DNA of 64,000 nt from the NCBI GenBank assembly GCA_019112735.1, contig DXIS01000033.1, positions 18,586 to 82,585 on the forward strand. The letters are read 5' to 3'. The position numbers and the translations under genes are program-made. Below, in pieces: positions 37,555 through 46,904 of the stretch. The notes under the pieces are model-generated. The model saw only the letters and a program-made list of their open reading frames with translations. It was not told the DNA's origin and ran no database searches. The stretch comes from Candidatus Mediterraneibacter guildfordensis (GTDB taxonomy: Bacteria > Bacillota > Clostridia > Lachnospirales > Lachnospiraceae). How positions within the stretch are numbered: the first letter of the stretch is position 1; each line of letters opens with the position of its first letter.

Positions 37555-38319
37555 TTACTGCGGGCAGATCTTTTCTTCGATCTGCCTTTTAATTTCCAGG
37601 ATACAGCCGGCCAGTTCGCGGATCCGCTCATTCCCCATCCTGCCCACCGGCGCGGAGATGCTGAATGCGTATTTTATCCGGTCCGTATAGCCTCTCAGGC
37701 TGACCGCAATGCAGCGGACCCCGTCTTCATTTTCCTCATTATCCAGCGCATAGCCCCGGTCGCGGATCCGGACCAGTTCCTCTTTAAATGTCCCGAAGTC
37801 CGTGATCGTATACGGGGTAAGCGCCCGGATCTCGCTGTGCTCCCAGATGTCCCGGACTTCCGCCGGCTCCATCCCGGCCGCCATCGCCTTGCCCACGCCG
37901 GAACAGTAGAGCGGGATCCTGCTGCCGATCCGCGACACCATCTGTATGCCGTTCCGGTTGGACTCAACCTTATCGATATATACGGCGTCCGTCCCGTCCC
38001 GTTCGACGAAGTGGACGGTTTCATTTGTCATCTCCATCAGCTTTCTGAGATACGGCCGCACGATCTGGACAATGTCCAGATGATTCATGATCTTATTCGA
38101 CAGACCCACGATCTTCAGGGACGGCTCGTACCGTCCGCTCTCCACGTCCTGTCTCGCGTACCCCATATATACAAGCGACGTCAGGACCCGGTGGGCCGTC
38201 GTCTTATTCAGTCCCAGCGCTTCGCTCACTTCGGAAACCGCCGCGCTGCCATTTTCGGCAAGCAGCTCCAGCGCCCCGAAGAGCCGGTCTGCCACCTGGA
38301 TCGGATTCTTGTTTTCCAT
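37555..38319 (-). CDS. IclR family regulator (KdgR-like)
   Basis: GLNKTTAHRVL HTH, TNETVH, PLYCSGVGKA, GYALDNEE; divergent from eda-kdgK. Confidence 0.92.
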   Translation of the reverse strand: MENKNPIQVADRLFGALELLAENGSAAVSEVSEALGLNKTTAHRVLTSLVYMGYARQDVESGRYEPSLKIVGLSNKIMNHLDIVQIVRPYLRKLMEMTNETVHFVERDGTDAVYIDKVESNRNGIQMVSRIGSRIPLYCSGVGKAMAAGMEPAEVRDIWEHSEIRALTPYTITDFGTFKEELVRIRDRGYALDNEENEDGVRCIAVSLRGYTDRIKYAFSISAPVGRMGNERIRELAGCILEIKRQIEEKICPQ

Positions 38320-38358
38320 ACATTTCCCTCTCTGTATTATTTCATTTTTGAATCTTAT

Positions 38359-38520
38359 GTTTCACATTATGAAACTATAATACCACACCCGGGCCGTTCC
38401 TGCAATATCCCGAAAAACTTAATAAAATATCGAATTTTTACTATTGACTTTTCCAGAACGCAGAGTATACTTTAAATCATAAGATATCACATTATAAAAC
38501 TTCATTTCACATTATGAAAC
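38359..38520. promoter_or_regulatory. Three copies of a palindromic operator and the divergent promoters of iclR and eda
   Basis: GTTTCACATTATGAAAC 38359-38375; ATATCACATTATAAAAC 38484-38500; ATTTCACATTATGAAAC 38504-38520; TTGACT-N16-TATACT 38444-38471. Confidence 0.8.
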
Positions 38521-38537
38521 GCATGGAGGTATGAAAA

Positions 38538-39179
38538 ATGAATGAAGTTTTAAAGAAGATCGAAGAGATCGGGATCGTTCCTGTCGTTGTCCTCAATGAT
38601 GCCAAAGACGCCGAACCGCTGGCACAGGCGCTCTGCGACGGCGGACTGCCCTGCGCGGAGGTTACATTCCGCACAGATGCCGCTGAGGAATCCATCCGCA
38701 TCATGACAGAGAAGTTCCCGGATATGCTGGTCGGCGCAGGAACGGTCCTGACGACAGAGCAGGTGGACCGCGCTGTGGCTGCCGGAGCGAAATTCATCGT
38801 AAGCCCGGGACTGAACCCGAGGATCGTGAAATACTGCGTTGAAAAAGGGATCACCATCACACCGGGATGTGCCAACCCGAGCGACGTGGAGCAGGCCATC
38901 GAGAACGGCCTCGACGTTGTGAAGTTCTTCCCGGCGGAGCAGGCAGGCGGCCTTGCTTATATCAAAGCGATCGCAGCTCCCTATGTAGGAATGAAGTTCA
39001 TGCCCACAGGCGGCATCAACCCGAAGAATGTAAAAGATTATCTCGCATATGACCGGATCCTCGCATGCGGCGGAAGCTGGATGGTCAAAGGCGACCTGGT
39101 AAAAGCCGGCGAATTCGACAAGATCTGTGAGATGGTAAAAGAAGCTGTAGAAATCGTAAAAGAAAGCAGAGGTAAATAA
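38538..39179 (+). CDS. eda: KDPG/KHG aldolase
   Basis: EVTFRT, VGAGTV, FIVSPG, KFFPA, PTGGI. Confidence 0.96.
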   Translation: MNEVLKKIEEIGIVPVVVLNDAKDAEPLAQALCDGGLPCAEVTFRTDAAEESIRIMTEKFPDMLVGAGTVLTTEQVDRAVAAGAKFIVSPGLNPRIVKYCVEKGITITPGCANPSDVEQAIENGLDVVKFFPAEQAGGLAYIKAIAAPYVGMKFMPTGGINPKNVKDYLAYDRILACGGSWMVKGDLVKAGEFDKICEMVKEAVEIVKESRGK

Positions 39180-39181
39180 AA

Positions 39182-40207
39182 ATGGCAAAGAAAGTAATCA
39201 CATTCGGTGAGATCATGTTAAGACTGGCTCCGGAAGGATATTACCGCTTCGTACAGGCTGATACCTTCGGCGCTACATATGGCGGCGGCGAGGCCAACGT
39301 AGCCGTATCCCTTGCAAACTATGGATTCGACGCAAAATTCGTCACAAAGCTCCCGACGCATGAGATCGGACAGGCTGCTGTCAACTCTCTGAGAAAATAC
39401 GGCGTTGACACATCCTACATCGCACGCGGCGGCGACAGAGTGGGCATCTACTTCCTGGAGAAAGGCGCTTCCCAGCGTCCTTCCAAAGTTATCTATGACC
39501 GTGCGGGATCATCCATCGCAACTGCATCCGCATCTGATTTCAACTGGAAAGAGATCTTCGACGATGCAGAGTGGTTCCACTTCACCGGCATCACACCGGC
39601 GCTCAACGACGAAGTTGCAGCGATCTGCCTGGAGGCCTGCAAGGCTGCAAAGGAAGCCGGCGTTACCGTTTCCTGCGACCTGAACTACAGAAACAAACTG
39701 TGGTCCAAGGAAAAAGCCGGACAGGTGATGGGCGAACTGTGCAAATATGTTGACGTCTGCATCGCCAACGAAGAGGACGCATCCGACGTATTCGGCATCA
39801 AGGCTGCCAATACGGATGTTACAAAAGGCGAAGTAAACCATGAAGGCTATAAAGATGTGGCAAAACAGCTGGCAGACCGTTTCGGATTCTCCAAAGTTGC
39901 CATCACCCTGCGCGAGTCCATCTCCGCAAACGACAACAAATGGTCCGCAATGCTCTACGACGGAAGCGATTACTTCTTCAGCAAAAAGTACACCATGCAC
40001 ATCGTTGACCGCGTAGGCGGCGGCGACAGCTTCGGCGGCGGCCTGATCTGCGCATGCCTGAACGGATATGATTCCCAGGCGACCATCGAATTCGCAGTTG
40101 CGGCTTCCTGCCTGAAACATTCCATCGAAGGAGATTTCAACATGGTATCCATGGACGAAGTACTCAAACTGGCCGGCGGAGATGCATCCGGACGTGTCCA
40201 GAGATAA
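39182..40207 (+). CDS. kdgK: 2-dehydro-3-deoxygluconokinase
   Basis: FGEIMLRL, GGGEANVA, YDRAGS, DLNYR, DRVGGGDSF. Confidence 0.93.
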   Translation: MAKKVITFGEIMLRLAPEGYYRFVQADTFGATYGGGEANVAVSLANYGFDAKFVTKLPTHEIGQAAVNSLRKYGVDTSYIARGGDRVGIYFLEKGASQRPSKVIYDRAGSSIATASASDFNWKEIFDDAEWFHFTGITPALNDEVAAICLEACKAAKEAGVTVSCDLNYRNKLWSKEKAGQVMGELCKYVDVCIANEEDASDVFGIKAANTDVTKGEVNHEGYKDVAKQLADRFGFSKVAITLRESISANDNKWSAMLYDGSDYFFSKKYTMHIVDRVGGGDSFGGGLICACLNGYDSQATIEFAVAASCLKHSIEGDFNMVSMDEVLKLAGGDASGRVQR

Positions 40208-40222
40208 TCAGGGAGGTGCCGC

Positions 40223-41011
40223 ATGCTCTGCATTAAAGTAATTGACAAGAACGGACTGACGATCAATGTAAGAAGAGACGAAAACGAAGTCCATCTCCCG
40301 CTCTTCCATGAATATCAGGAAGGCGACCAGATCATCATCGAGGTGTCCGACACGCCGGTTTTCGCCTGGCTGCAGCTCGATGACGCGCTCGGAAGATCCC
40401 TGGTCTACCTGACCGGCGATCTGTGGTATAAGATCCCCTTCGGTGAAAAGAGGATCAACCTCTCGCCGAAGGCCTTCGCCGGCGGCCGTCATCTGCTCAC
40501 CCTGAAAAAAGCACGCAACTTCGAGGTAAGCACCTACCGCAATCTGGCTTTCAACGTAAACGACTGCCACGAGAACAGCACCTGCTTCCCTCATGCGTCC
40601 GCCAATGTAGAGACACGCGGCGAGGCTGTATTCGCTGCGAAGAACGCCATCGACGGCGTCACCGCAGCCACCTGCCACGGCGAGTGGCCCTACGCTTCCT
40701 GGGGGATCAACCGGGATCCGAACGCGGCGCTCACGCTGGACTTTGGACGCGACGTCACCATCGACCGGATCGTCATTTATCTGCGGGCGGATTTCCCGCA
40801 CGACAACTGGTGGAAGAACGCCCTTCTGACCTTCTCCGACGGAAGCGACATGGAGCTTACATTCACCAAGACCGGGACAGCGCAGGAATTCACATTTGAG
40901 CCGAAGACCATCCGGAAGCTTGAATTCTCACACCTTATCAAAGCGGAGACCGAGTCTCCTTTCCCGGCGCTCACCCAGATCGAGGTATACGGAACAGAGG
41001 CGCAGAATTAA
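40223..41011 (+). CDS. Uncharacterised cytoplasmic protein with a C-terminal galactose-binding/discoidin-like domain
   Basis: NLA..N, AKNAIDG, SWG, LTLDFGR..IDRI, IEVYG F5/8-like pattern; no signal peptide. Confidence 0.7.
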   Translation: MLCIKVIDKNGLTINVRRDENEVHLPLFHEYQEGDQIIIEVSDTPVFAWLQLDDALGRSLVYLTGDLWYKIPFGEKRINLSPKAFAGGRHLLTLKKARNFEVSTYRNLAFNVNDCHENSTCFPHASANVETRGEAVFAAKNAIDGVTAATCHGEWPYASWGINRDPNAALTLDFGRDVTIDRIVIYLRADFPHDNWWKNALLTFSDGSDMELTFTKTGTAQEFTFEPKTIRKLEFSHLIKAETESPFPALTQIEVYGTEAQN

Positions 41012-41029
41012 AAAAGATCTATACAAAGC

Positions 41030-41066
41030 AACAGTGAGCGGCGTGCATCCGCTCACTGTTTTTTTC
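41030..41066 (+). terminator. Terminator of the eda operon, overlapping the AraC stop
   Basis: AACAGTGAGCGG-N7-CCGCTCACTGTT then T-run. Confidence 0.8.
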
Positions 41067-42012
41067 TGTACTCTTTCGGGCTCATCCCGTATTTTTCTCT
41101 GAAGATCCTGTAGAAATAACTTGTATTATCATATCCCACCGACTCAATGATATCCGTCACCGGAACCGCGCTATTGGTCAGCATATATACCGCCTGCTGC
41201 ATCCGTTTCTCCTGCAGCAGTTCCTTGTATGTCTTCCCTGTCCGCCGCCGGATCTCCCGGCTCAGCCAGTACACATCATATCCCATCTGCGCGGCAAGTT
41301 CGGAGAGCGTCCCCTTTTTATAATGATCATTGATATAACTTAATACCGCCGCCGCGATCTCGGTGTCGTATTTTGATCCGCCGGACTCCATCTTGTCCAT
41401 ACAATTCAGAAGCTGCAGGAACAGAAGCCCCATGGTGATCTGGGTGCAGCTGCGCTTGTTCGATGAATCATAGAAGATCGTCCAGACCATATTCTCGATC
41501 AGATTCTGGACCGGCAGGATATCCGCCACATGGAAATACATCCAGCAGGTCTCCCCGTCTCTTCCGGACAGCGCGCCCACGAGGAAATCCCGGAGCTGGT
41601 TTTCCTCATCCCCCATCATGGAGAAGGCCGTGTCGAGGAATTCCGGAAGCACGATAAAGTTCACCGCAATATCATCCCTACCCGCCGGGAGGATCTCCTG
41701 GACCGCGTTCTGATTGAGAAAAAGCAGGTCCCCCGCCTCCAGGATCACTTCTGTCCCGTTGATGATATGCGTAGTCCTGCCCTGGCACATATAGATCACT
41801 TCAATATAGTTATGGGTGTGCTTCGGGAAATGAACGAACCGCGTGTGCGGCCGGACCTGAATAAGCTTCCCCTTCTGGAGAAGCTTTTTACTGTCAATGA
41901 CCATATCTTTCTTTTCTGTGTAAAGCTGCGGGTCGATCTCTTTTCTCCCGTCCAGGATATGCTGTTCTTCCTCTGTGATGACCGACAGCTCTCTGATCAG
42001 TTCTTCATGCAT
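41053..42012 (-). CDS. AraC family regulator
   Basis: PKHTHNYIEVIY cupin; VGYDNTSYFYRIF..YGMSP HTH. Confidence 0.9.
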   Translation of the reverse strand: MHEELIRELSVITEEEQHILDGRKEIDPQLYTEKKDMVIDSKKLLQKGKLIQVRPHTRFVHFPKHTHNYIEVIYMCQGRTTHIINGTEVILEAGDLLFLNQNAVQEILPAGRDDIAVNFIVLPEFLDTAFSMMGDEENQLRDFLVGALSGRDGETCWMYFHVADILPVQNLIENMVWTIFYDSSNKRSCTQITMGLLFLQLLNCMDKMESGGSKYDTEIAAAVLSYINDHYKKGTLSELAAQMGYDVYWLSREIRRRTGKTYKELLQEKRMQQAVYMLTNSAVPVTDIIESVGYDNTSYFYRIFREKYGMSPKEYRKKQ

Positions 42013-42017
42013 GACCG

Positions 42018-42809
42018 TCACGCTCTCTCTGCATCGATCTCCTTCGTCAGCTCCATATACTCCTTCGCGCTCCGGCTGCTCTTCCGGTACGCCATGACCG
42101 GCGCGTTGTTGTCCTGGGACCACTCCACGCCGCTGTCCACACGGATATAGGTATCAAAGACTTTCACATCATCCAACTCTTTGAGCGTTTCCAGCGTCTG
42201 TTTGAAGTAATTCTTCCTCGTATCCACCTTTGTGATCAGGATGCCGCCAAGTTTCAGGTCCGGCGTGATCTCCTTCACCTGCTCCAGGAACTCGAACATA
42301 TTTCCCAGACCGAAGAGCCCCCACGGGGAAGCTTCCACCGGGATGATGATCTCATCCGACGCGCAGAGGATATTCATCACCCATCCGCCAAGCGTCGGCG
42401 GCGCATCGATCAGGATGTAATCATAGACGCCTGAATCAATGACGCTCTTCAGCCCTTTCTTCAGGATATATTCCCGCTGCCATTTTGTGAACAGTTCATA
42501 TTCGATGGAGCTCATAAGTGTGGAAGACGGGATCAGGTCCAGATTCTCGTAAGCCGTATGTACGATGTAATCCGTCAGGTCATCCTGCCGGCGGATCCCC
42601 TCGTATATATTCTTTCCGCCCTGGGCGAAACCGAGCACTGTATCCTCATCAAAAAGAGAGAGGGAGAGGTTCAGCTGCATGTCCCCGTCGATCAGCAGGA
42701 CTTTCCGTCCAAGCTGTGTCAGACCGTATCCCACGTTGGAACATGTCGTTGACTTCCCGCTCCCTCCTTTATTATTCGCAAAACAGATTACTTTCGTCTT
42801 CGCTCCCAT
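42018..42809 (-). CDS. Orphan ParA/Soj-family ATPase
   Basis: NNKGGSGKSTT deviant Walker A, LLIDGD, IDAPP. Confidence 0.9.
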   Translation of the reverse strand: MGAKTKVICFANNKGGSGKSTTCSNVGYGLTQLGRKVLLIDGDMQLNLSLSLFDEDTVLGFAQGGKNIYEGIRRQDDLTDYIVHTAYENLDLIPSSTLMSSIEYELFTKWQREYILKKGLKSVIDSGVYDYILIDAPPTLGGWVMNILCASDEIIIPVEASPWGLFGLGNMFEFLEQVKEITPDLKLGGILITKVDTRKNYFKQTLETLKELDDVKVFDTYIRVDSGVEWSQDNNAPVMAYRKSSRSAKEYMELTKEIDAERA

Positions 42810-42812
42810 CTG

Positions 42813-43388
42813 TTATCTGTCTCCTTTCTTCCAGTCGGTATGAGCCGGCTCCGGCCCGAAATTCTTGTCGATCAGCCGGCAGTATTCTTCATAGGCTGCA
42901 ACGCCGCTGAAGTTCTCTTTCAGCACGTCGCGGATCCCTTTATAATACCATGCAAGCGCCGATTTGCTCTGCATCCGGAAACGTTTCCAGAGATCATCCC
43001 CCGCCACCGGGTAATCCCGGTCAATGTCGCGCATATTGGACAGCTTGTCCGCCAGGCCGATCATCTGCACCTCCACCGGCGCGTTTTTCAGCCGGGTGAT
43101 CGTCGCGCCTTTGCGCTCTTCCCAGCTCAGACTCTTGTCTTCGCTCTCCTGGGCGACCATGTCCGCCACCCGGGCGCCGAACCGGAGCTTCAGTATATCA
43201 AATGTGATCCCCTTGCAGTCCTCGACCGTATCGTGGAGCACTGCCGCACAGATCACTTCCTCGTCCTTGGTCATCGATGACACGATATCCGCCACCTCAA
43301 TGGGATGGACAATATACGGCCGTCTTGTCCCCTTCCGAAACTGCCCTGCATGCGCCTTCGCCGCAAAATCCATCGCGTCATCTATCAT
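42813..43388 (-). CDS. HD-domain small alarmone hydrolase (Mesh1-like)
   Basis: AHAGQFRK..PYIVHP, LHDTVEDC, ADKLSN. Confidence 0.88.
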   Translation of the reverse strand: MIDDAMDFAAKAHAGQFRKGTRRPYIVHPIEVADIVSSMTKDEEVICAAVLHDTVEDCKGITFDILKLRFGARVADMVAQESEDKSLSWEERKGATITRLKNAPVEVQMIGLADKLSNMRDIDRDYPVAGDDLWKRFRMQSKSALAWYYKGIRDVLKENFSGVAAYEEYCRLIDKNFGPEPAHTDWKKGDR

Positions 43389-43572
43389 GTCGATTCCTCC
43401 GCCAAGTTCTGTACCGCCCGTCCGGATCCGCCGGCAGGCTGTATGTATTTCCGTATATCAGTTGTCATGTAGATTTTAACACAAGGCCGCCGCAAGTACA
43501 ACGAAAACCCGAGAAACTTCTTTCACTTTTCGTATTCCGTCCGCATGGCGGCTGTGGTATAATTACCTTATT

Positions 43573-44304
43573 ATGGAAAAGAAATATGTTTTAGTGACCG
43601 GCTCTTCGCGCGGCATCGGACGCGCCTGCGCGCTCGCTTTTGCCAGGGCCGGTTTTCATGTATTTATAAACTGCAGAGAATCTCTCGATCAGCTCCGGGA
43701 AGTGAATGAAGAGATCCTTGCGTCCGGCGGAAGCTGCACCATGCTCCCGGGTGACGTCTCGGATCCGGACAGCGTGCGCGCCATGTTCCGGAAGATCGCT
43801 TCCGTCTGCGACGGTCCCGACGTCCTGGTCAACAATGCCGGACGCGCGTATTTCGGTCTTCTGAGCGATATGACGGACGACGACTGGAGACAGGTGATCG
43901 ACACGGATCTCTCCTCGGCATTTTACTGCTGCCGTGAAGCGATCCCCTATATGGTCTCAAGGAAACAGGGTCGGATCATCAACATCTCCTCCATGTGGGG
44001 GACCGCCGGCGCCTCCTGCGAAGCGGCCTACTCCGCGGCCAAATCAGGGCTCCACGGACTGACCCGGGCCCTGGCCAAGGAGCTGGCCCCCAGCAATATC
44101 CAGGTCAATGCCCTGGCCTGCGGAGTGATCGACACAGAGATGAACAGCCGGCTCGACGCCGGAGAGCGTGCCGCCCTGGAAGAGGAAATACCGGCCGGCC
44201 GGTACGGAACGGCCGAAGAGGCCGCACGTATGGTTCTGCTGCTGGCGGACGCGCCCGCCTATCTCACCGGACAGATCATCGGTCTGGACGGCGGGATGAT
44301 CTGA
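43573..44304 (+). CDS. ymfI: SDR oxidoreductase, YmfI-like (EF-P 5-aminopentanone reductase/FabG paralogue)
   Basis: TGSSRGIG, NNAG, SSMWG..GASCE..YSAAK. Confidence 0.72.
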   Translation: MEKKYVLVTGSSRGIGRACALAFARAGFHVFINCRESLDQLREVNEEILASGGSCTMLPGDVSDPDSVRAMFRKIASVCDGPDVLVNNAGRAYFGLLSDMTDDDWRQVIDTDLSSAFYCCREAIPYMVSRKQGRIINISSMWGTAGASCEAAYSAAKSGLHGLTRALAKELAPSNIQVNALACGVIDTEMNSRLDAGERAALEEEIPAGRYGTAEEAARMVLLLADAPAYLTGQIIGLDGGMI

Positions 44305-44334
44305 ACCATAATCTGAAATGAAAGGAAACCATTC

Positions 44335-45060
44335 ATGATCGATGTAAATGACCTGACCAGCATTTCAACAGACTGTTCCATGACAGAATTCGTAGGGACT
44401 ACCGTGCTTGATACGATCGGCCTTGTGATCCCCGGGATCGATCCTGCCCTGTTGGAACAGATGGGGCTGAAAAAGCCGTACCGGAGCCTGGGGCTCATCA
44501 GCTCCCGCACCGGCGCCGCCGGCCAGATCAACGCGGCGGATGAGGCGGTGAAATCAACCAACACCGAAGTCGTATCCATCGAGCTTCCCCGGGATACCAA
44601 AGGCTGGGGCGGCCACGGCTGTTTCATCATCCTCGGCGGGGATAATGTGTCCGATGTGAGACGGGCCGTCGAGATCGCACTTGAGTATATTGAAAAATAT
44701 GCCGGCGAACTGTACATCAGCCAGGCCGGACATCTGGAATTCACCTATTCCGCCAGTGCGGACCAGGCGCTCCACATGGCATTCGGCGCCCCCGTCGGCA
44801 GAGCCTTCGGGTTCTTCTGCGGCTCCCCGGCGGCCATCGGACTGGTCATGGCGGATCTGGCGCTCAAAGCATCCCCTGTGGAAGTGATCCGGTATATGAC
44901 GCCGGATAAAGGCACCAGCCACTCCAACGAAGTGATCGTTGCCGTGACAGGCGATGCGTCCGCGGTTAAAAATGCAGTGCTGACCGCAAGAGAAAACGGC
45001 CTGAGGCTTCTCATCTCCATGGGAAGTTATCCCGAGACGCCATCCAGACCGTTCCTTTAA
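44335..45060 (+). CDS. pduB: Tandem-BMC-domain shell protein, PduB-like
   Basis: TEFVGT..DTIGLVI, RTGA, ADEAVK.TNTEVVSIELPRDTKG..GHG, AFGAP.GRA, SNE..GD..AV. Confidence 0.88.
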   Translation: MIDVNDLTSISTDCSMTEFVGTTVLDTIGLVIPGIDPALLEQMGLKKPYRSLGLISSRTGAAGQINAADEAVKSTNTEVVSIELPRDTKGWGGHGCFIILGGDNVSDVRRAVEIALEYIEKYAGELYISQAGHLEFTYSASADQALHMAFGAPVGRAFGFFCGSPAAIGLVMADLALKASPVEVIRYMTPDKGTSHSNEVIVAVTGDASAVKNAVLTARENGLRLLISMGSYPETPSRPFL

Positions 45061-45086
45061 TCCCGCCTGCGCAGGATGATCCGATA

Positions 45087-46322
45087 TCAGATTTTTGAAT
45101 AAATATCCTGAGGCACATAGGCTCTGACCTCGATCCCCTCAGGAACATAAGACTCTTCCAGAAGCTGGCCCCGGCTGCGGATCAGCTGGATCTTCCCGGC
45201 TTCTGAGAAATCATACAGGCGCTCCACGTAGATCTGGTCCTTACGGATGATCTCCAGGAGCGCTTTTTTCAATTCTTCCAGTCCCTGTCCGGTCTTTGCC
45301 GATACCGGGATGGAATAATCCGCCCGGAAGTCCTTCTGCCGGGAATCCCCTGTCAGCAGATCCTGTTTATTAAAGAGCGTCACGACCGGCCGGTCTTCCA
45401 CGCCCAGTTCTCTCAGCGTCTCATAGACCACGTGCATCTGTTCCTCCATCTGGGGATTGGATGCATCTACCACATGGATAATAATATCCGCATATTTCGC
45501 CTCTTCCAGCGTGCTCTTAAACGCCTCCACCAGATGATGGGGAAGCTTCCGGATAAATCCGACCGTATCCGTCAGCAGGATTTCCTGCGTATTGTCCAGT
45601 ACAAGGGAGCGGGTCGTCGTATCCAGCGTGGAGAAAAGCATGGCGTCCTCCAGGATCCCGGCTCCCGTCAGTGCATTTTCAATGCTGCTCTTCCCGGCGG
45701 ACGTATAGCCCACCAGCGCCGCCGACTTAAGTCCCGACTGCCGCCGCTGGGAGCGGAGCAGCTCCCGGTGCTTTTCTACATTTCGAAGATCCGCTTTCAA
45801 CCGGCTGATGCGTTCCCGGATCAGCCGCCGGTCCATCTCCAGCTTCTTCTCTCCCGGACCCCTGGTCCCGATGCCGCCGCCCAGACGGGAAAGGGATCTT
45901 CCAAGCCCGGTGAGACGGGTCGCCCGGTATTTCAGCTGGGCGAGTTCCACCTGGATCTTACCCTCGCCGCTCACTGCATGGGCCGCGAAAATATCCAGGA
46001 TCAGCAGCGTCCGGTCGATGACCTTACAGGACAGTTCCGCTTCCAGATTGCCGATCTGGGATCCCGTCAGTTCGTCATCACAGATAATCCCGTCCGCTTC
46101 CGTCTCCCAGAGAAGGTCCTTTAGTTCTTCCAGCTTTCCCTTGCCGATATAGGTTGCGGGATGAATGCTCTCGCGCGCCTGGATGAGCCGTCCGGCGGTC
46201 TGTGCCCCCGCCGTCTCCGCGAGATCCTCAAGCTCGTCAAGAGACCGTTCCGCGGCCTCCGGACTGCCCGTATCGACGCCGACCAGGATCATCCGTTCTT
46301 TTATATGTTCTGTCTCAAACAT
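45087..46322 (-). CDS. hflX: Ribosome-splitting GTPase HflX
   Basis: YIGKGK, DRTLLILDIF, GGGIGTRGPGE, DTVGFI, FKSTLEE, NKQD, SAK. Confidence 0.96.
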   Translation of the reverse strand: MFETEHIKERMILVGVDTGSPEAAERSLDELEDLAETAGAQTAGRLIQARESIHPATYIGKGKLEELKDLLWETEADGIICDDELTGSQIGNLEAELSCKVIDRTLLILDIFAAHAVSGEGKIQVELAQLKYRATRLTGLGRSLSRLGGGIGTRGPGEKKLEMDRRLIRERISRLKADLRNVEKHRELLRSQRRQSGLKSAALVGYTSAGKSSIENALTGAGILEDAMLFSTLDTTTRSLVLDNTQEILLTDTVGFIRKLPHHLVEAFKSTLEEAKYADIIIHVVDASNPQMEEQMHVVYETLRELGVEDRPVVTLFNKQDLLTGDSRQKDFRADYSIPVSAKTGQGLEELKKALLEIIRKDQIYVERLYDFSEAGKIQLIRSRGQLLEESYVPEGIEVRAYVPQDIYSKI

Positions 46323-46337
46323 TTCTGTCTCTCCCGC

Positions 46338-46889
46338 CTAGCGTGTCGCCAGGAATTCCGCTTCTTTCTGAGCGGCTTCATCATCCGGATATGCTTCCAG
46401 ATATTCTGTCACCTTCTGCTTTGCGCCCGACCAGTCCGCCTGGCGCTCACAGCATACGATCTCATTGAATTTCATTTCACGGATCAGCTCTTCCGAAGGC
46501 TGTTCATCCGCGGATGCACTGTCCGCCAGTGCCAGTCCCGAACGGATATATTCCAGCGCCGGTCCGTACTGCTCCGTCTGTATGGCGCATACAGCCATCA
46601 GATTATACATCTGGACGTCCGGCCGGATCCCGCTCTCAGCGGCAGTCTCGAACGCCTCCAGGGCCTTCTGGTATTCTTCCGTCTCATAATAGACCATGCC
46701 AAGCCCTCTGTAACCTGCCGCGCCTTCTTTTCCGCCCTTTTCCGTCAGTTCGGAGAACCGGGCTTCCGCCTCTTCATAATTTCCTTCTTCAAGCGCCTCC
46801 ACGCCCTCCTTCTGAGGGTTCGCGCAGCCGCACACCAGCCCTGCAGCGAGCAGCGCTGCAGCCGCGGCGGACATCCATTTTCTTCTCAT
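46338..46889 (-). CDS. TPR-repeat lipoprotein
   Basis: Signal peptide with VCGC lipobox; YRGLGMVYY and YNLMAVC TPR helices. Confidence 0.8.
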   Translation of the reverse strand: MRRKWMSAAAAALLAAGLVCGCANPQKEGVEALEEGNYEEAEARFSELTEKGGKEGAAGYRGLGMVYYETEEYQKALEAFETAAESGIRPDVQMYNLMAVCAIQTEQYGPALEYIRSGLALADSASADEQPSEELIREMKFNEIVCCERQADWSGAKQKVTEYLEAYPDDEAAQKEAEFLATR

Positions 46890-46904
46890 AATCACCACAT
46901 ACCT

